Source: a virus
Lineage: Duplodnaviria > Caudoviricetes
DNA: 24,923 bases
Reading direction: 5' to 3' (one strand)
IMG/VR virus record: IMGVR_UViG_3300033808_000067
Coordinates: 1 to 24,923 of that record
A model generated the notes under the pieces. That model was not told where the DNA came from and made no database searches. It worked only from the letters and a program-made list of their open reading frames with translations. The translations under genes and the position numbers were made by a program. This document shows, one piece after another, positions 22,603 to 24,923 of the stretch. Position 1 is the first letter of the stretch. Each line of letters starts with the position of its first letter.

Positions 22603-22694
22603 GCGCCGGAGCCCGCCGTGCCGGGTTGGCTCCCAGGCCAACCTACAGGTCCCCGGCGTTCACGACGTCGATCCTACTGCGGGCGCAGGCCCGA

Positions 22695-24719
22695 CTAGAG
22701 GAAGTCGAAGAATGCGCTGCCGGACGAGGATGTCGCGAAGCCGCTGAGTGCCAGCGGAGTTGCCGCTGCCTGCCAGCCGCCGGCGGGAGCGGGCGGGTAC
22801 TGGTCCGAGAGTTGGAGATAATCCAGCCACACGCCTGTTGTCGTGCCGGTTAGCGGGCCGATGTCCATGAGGTTCAGGCCGGTGTTGCTGGCGTTCGTGG
22901 CAGTCTTGACATGCTCGATGAACACGCCGGTCACACCGTCGTAGGAACTGTACTCGCCGTATCCGGCGGAAGAATCAACATGCCAGTGGGCGCTGACGCG
23001 ATATGTGTACTGCGCCGTGTAAGTGTACGTCCCTGCCGCGCTGATCGCAGAAGTGGCATTGACTATTATCCTGTTATTAGTCTGATAGCCGATCTGGCAG
23101 GTCGAGGTGTTGGCCTGATTCAGGACGTCGATGAGAAGAGCCGTGCCTCCCGTGGGAGCAGCGTTCATAACGAAATAAAATGACATGTACAGGTCCCATG
23201 TCGCGTTTACATTAGCGACATACCAGAGGTTTACCTTGCCGCTGGGAAACCACACCGACATTCCGCCCTCGGCGGAATACGTGGTGCTGTACTGCGATCC
23301 TGGATTATTGGCAACAGCGTAATCGAAAGGGTCTCCGCTGCTTGCCTGGCTGCTGTTACCGACAACCGGTCCCTGCGTGGTCCCGCATAGCGAGCACATG
23401 GCCGTAGCAACAGTAGCGCTGCTAGTACAGGAGCCAGATTGCGCACCAGTGGTGCCGCTTATCGCAAGCGTCTTGTCCGCCACCATGACGGCCGGGCTGC
23501 CGGGCAGGGTAACTGTCGTATTCGTATGAGTGTTGCCGAATCCGGACGGCTGGGTGATGACGTAACCGCTGGTGCCGTCATAATCGGCGCCGAACCAGAG
23601 CAGCAGGTTATTCGGGTTAACAGGGCCGATGGCATTGGCTGTCATCGTCTGAGTTGCCGCTGCCCCGGCAGCGGACGGTGTAAGCGTGTCAAACATGCCC
23701 GTTGCGCCGCTTACGGTTACAATGACACCGGAAATAGCATAGCCGGATCCGGAGAAATTGATCGTGAAAGTGCCGCCTTCGCTGCCGTCAGCATAACGGT
23801 AGATCAGGGCACCGTACTTGTTGGTGTCCTGCTTGATCTGGAATCCGGTGCAGGTGACAGTCGTGCCGCCCGAATAGACGTACATGATGATCCAGTCACC
23901 GGCAGCGGTGTTAGCCTGCTTCGTCACTGCATAAGAAGTGACCGTGCCCGTACTTGAGAATGTGGCTGGAGTAGCACGATAGGCCCAGCTGCTGGTAAGC
24001 GAGCCGCCGTCAGCGGTGAAAAGCTTTGACTGCGGCAGGGCAGACAGGTCGGCGTTACCTATCCAGCCCTGGTCCGACATCGCGGGCAGCGCGTAATAAG
24101 TGGTTGCAGTCACACCAGTAGACCAGCCGATAATCAGCGCAGTATTCCACATGGCATATGCGTTGCTCAAGGTAATCGTCTCAGCCAGGGTAATCCCGTC
24201 ACTGTCGTAAATCTTAGCCACTATGCCGCCGGGCCAGCCCTGCGTGAACTGTACATCCACCATATACCATGTATTGGCGGCAACAGGCGTAGTGCCGTTC
24301 TGAGTGAAAGAACCGCCGATTGCGCTGGCAGAGAAAAGCTGCCATTTCATGCCGGACGCGCTTGCAGTCTGGAGAATAAGCGGGTTGTTTCCTCCTCCCT
24401 GCCAGTCCAGGACTCGCTGCGCCACTGCGGTCCCTGAAAAATATACCCAGATGCGCATATTCAGGGTGGTGATGCTAGGTGGAGTTACCCACTGGAAATA
24501 AGCGTTACCAGATCCATTTGCCACCATCTTATAGCATGCAGTTGCGCCGGGCGGCAGCCCTGGCGCGGACCCGTCATCAAACGTAAAAGCAGACCCGGTG
24601 CCGATAGCAGTGGAGTTGATCGCGTAACCAGAGATGCCGCCGGTATTAGTGCTCGCCCCGGTCCCGACTGCCGTTCCTGACGGCTGGCCGGCGGCGTTGT
24701 TGTGCCGGATGAAGGTCAT
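22695..24719 (-). CDS. Large beta-rich virion fibre/adhesin-like protein, possibly with lectin-like domains (674 aa)
   Basis: Thr/Ser/Gly/aromatic-rich; 'VAANTWYMVDVQF' LamG-like pattern; visibly lower GC than flanks. Confidence 0.65.
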   Translation of the reverse strand: MTFIRHNNAAGQPSGTAVGTGASTNTGGISGYAINSTAIGTGSAFTFDDGSAPGLPPGATACYKMVANGSGNAYFQWVTPPSITTLNMRIWVYFSGTAVAQRVLDWQGGGNNPLILQTASASGMKWQLFSASAIGGSFTQNGTTPVAANTWYMVDVQFTQGWPGGIVAKIYDSDGITLAETITLSNAYAMWNTALIIGWSTGVTATTYYALPAMSDQGWIGNADLSALPQSKLFTADGGSLTSSWAYRATPATFSSTGTVTSYAVTKQANTAAGDWIIMYVYSGGTTVTCTGFQIKQDTNKYGALIYRYADGSEGGTFTINFSGSGYAISGVIVTVSGATGMFDTLTPSAAGAAATQTMTANAIGPVNPNNLLLWFGADYDGTSGYVITQPSGFGNTHTNTTVTLPGSPAVMVADKTLAISGTTGAQSGSCTSSATVATAMCSLCGTTQGPVVGNSSQASSGDPFDYAVANNPGSQYSTTYSAEGGMSVWFPSGKVNLWYVANVNATWDLYMSFYFVMNAAPTGGTALLIDVLNQANTSTCQIGYQTNNRIIVNATSAISAAGTYTYTAQYTYRVSAHWHVDSSAGYGEYSSYDGVTGVFIEHVKTATNASNTGLNLMDIGPLTGTTTGVWLDYLQLSDQYPPAPAGGWQAAATPLALSGFATSSSGSAFFDFL

Positions 24720-24725
24720 GGCCGG

Positions 24726-24923
24726 CTAGCCGGTGACGGTCAGCGCCGGCGTCAGCGGATACGAGCCGGACAGGATGTAGGAGACAGGCGAGGGCAGCAC
24801 GAATCCCTCCTGGTAAGCGCCCCCGCTAGTCCAGACCCCCCAGTGGCTGACAGTCGTCCCCGCCGGGACGGTGAAGCTGACCTGGCTGCCGGTCATGATC
24901 GGCGGTGACGGCGGGGACGGCCA
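24726..24923 (-). CDS. Partial structural/tail-fibre-associated protein (5' end outside window)
   Basis: Hand translation ...QVSFTVPAGTTVSHWGVWTSGG...LTVTG*, stopping 6 nt before the next ATG. Confidence 0.6.
   Translation of the reverse strand, partial: WPSPPSPPIMTGSQVSFTVPAGTTVSHWGVWTSGGAYQEGFVLPSPVSYILSGSYPLTPALTVTG

Overview
GC-rich, actinobacterial-type tailed phage or prophage late (virion morphogenesis) region, almost entirely on the minus strand. Reading right to left: fibre-like/structural genes, a degenerate tRNA-like element with a cupin-like gene, an Arc/RHH + TnpB cassette, small genes, a portal-ParB-MuF fusion, a HAD nucleotidase-like gene, a 1030-aa prohead protease/scaffold-like protein, the major capsid gene, decoration-like genes, a cluster of small Cys-rich proteins, a head-tail adaptor, a papain-like protein, a tail terminator-like gene and a partial tail tube gene. 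The main finding is that the major capsid gene is split by a 1374-nt group I intron (7810..9183, minus strand). Its P1, P2, P3, P4, P7, P8, P9 and P10 pairings and terminal G can be read directly, a Vsr/DUF559-like endonuclease ORF sits exactly in the P8 loop, and splicing restores a 621-aa in-frame capsid protein. Several likely real genes are missing from the ORF track (tail tube, 47-aa Arc-like protein, 50-aa Cys protein). All product calls rest on motif recognition and gene order; no database searches were run.
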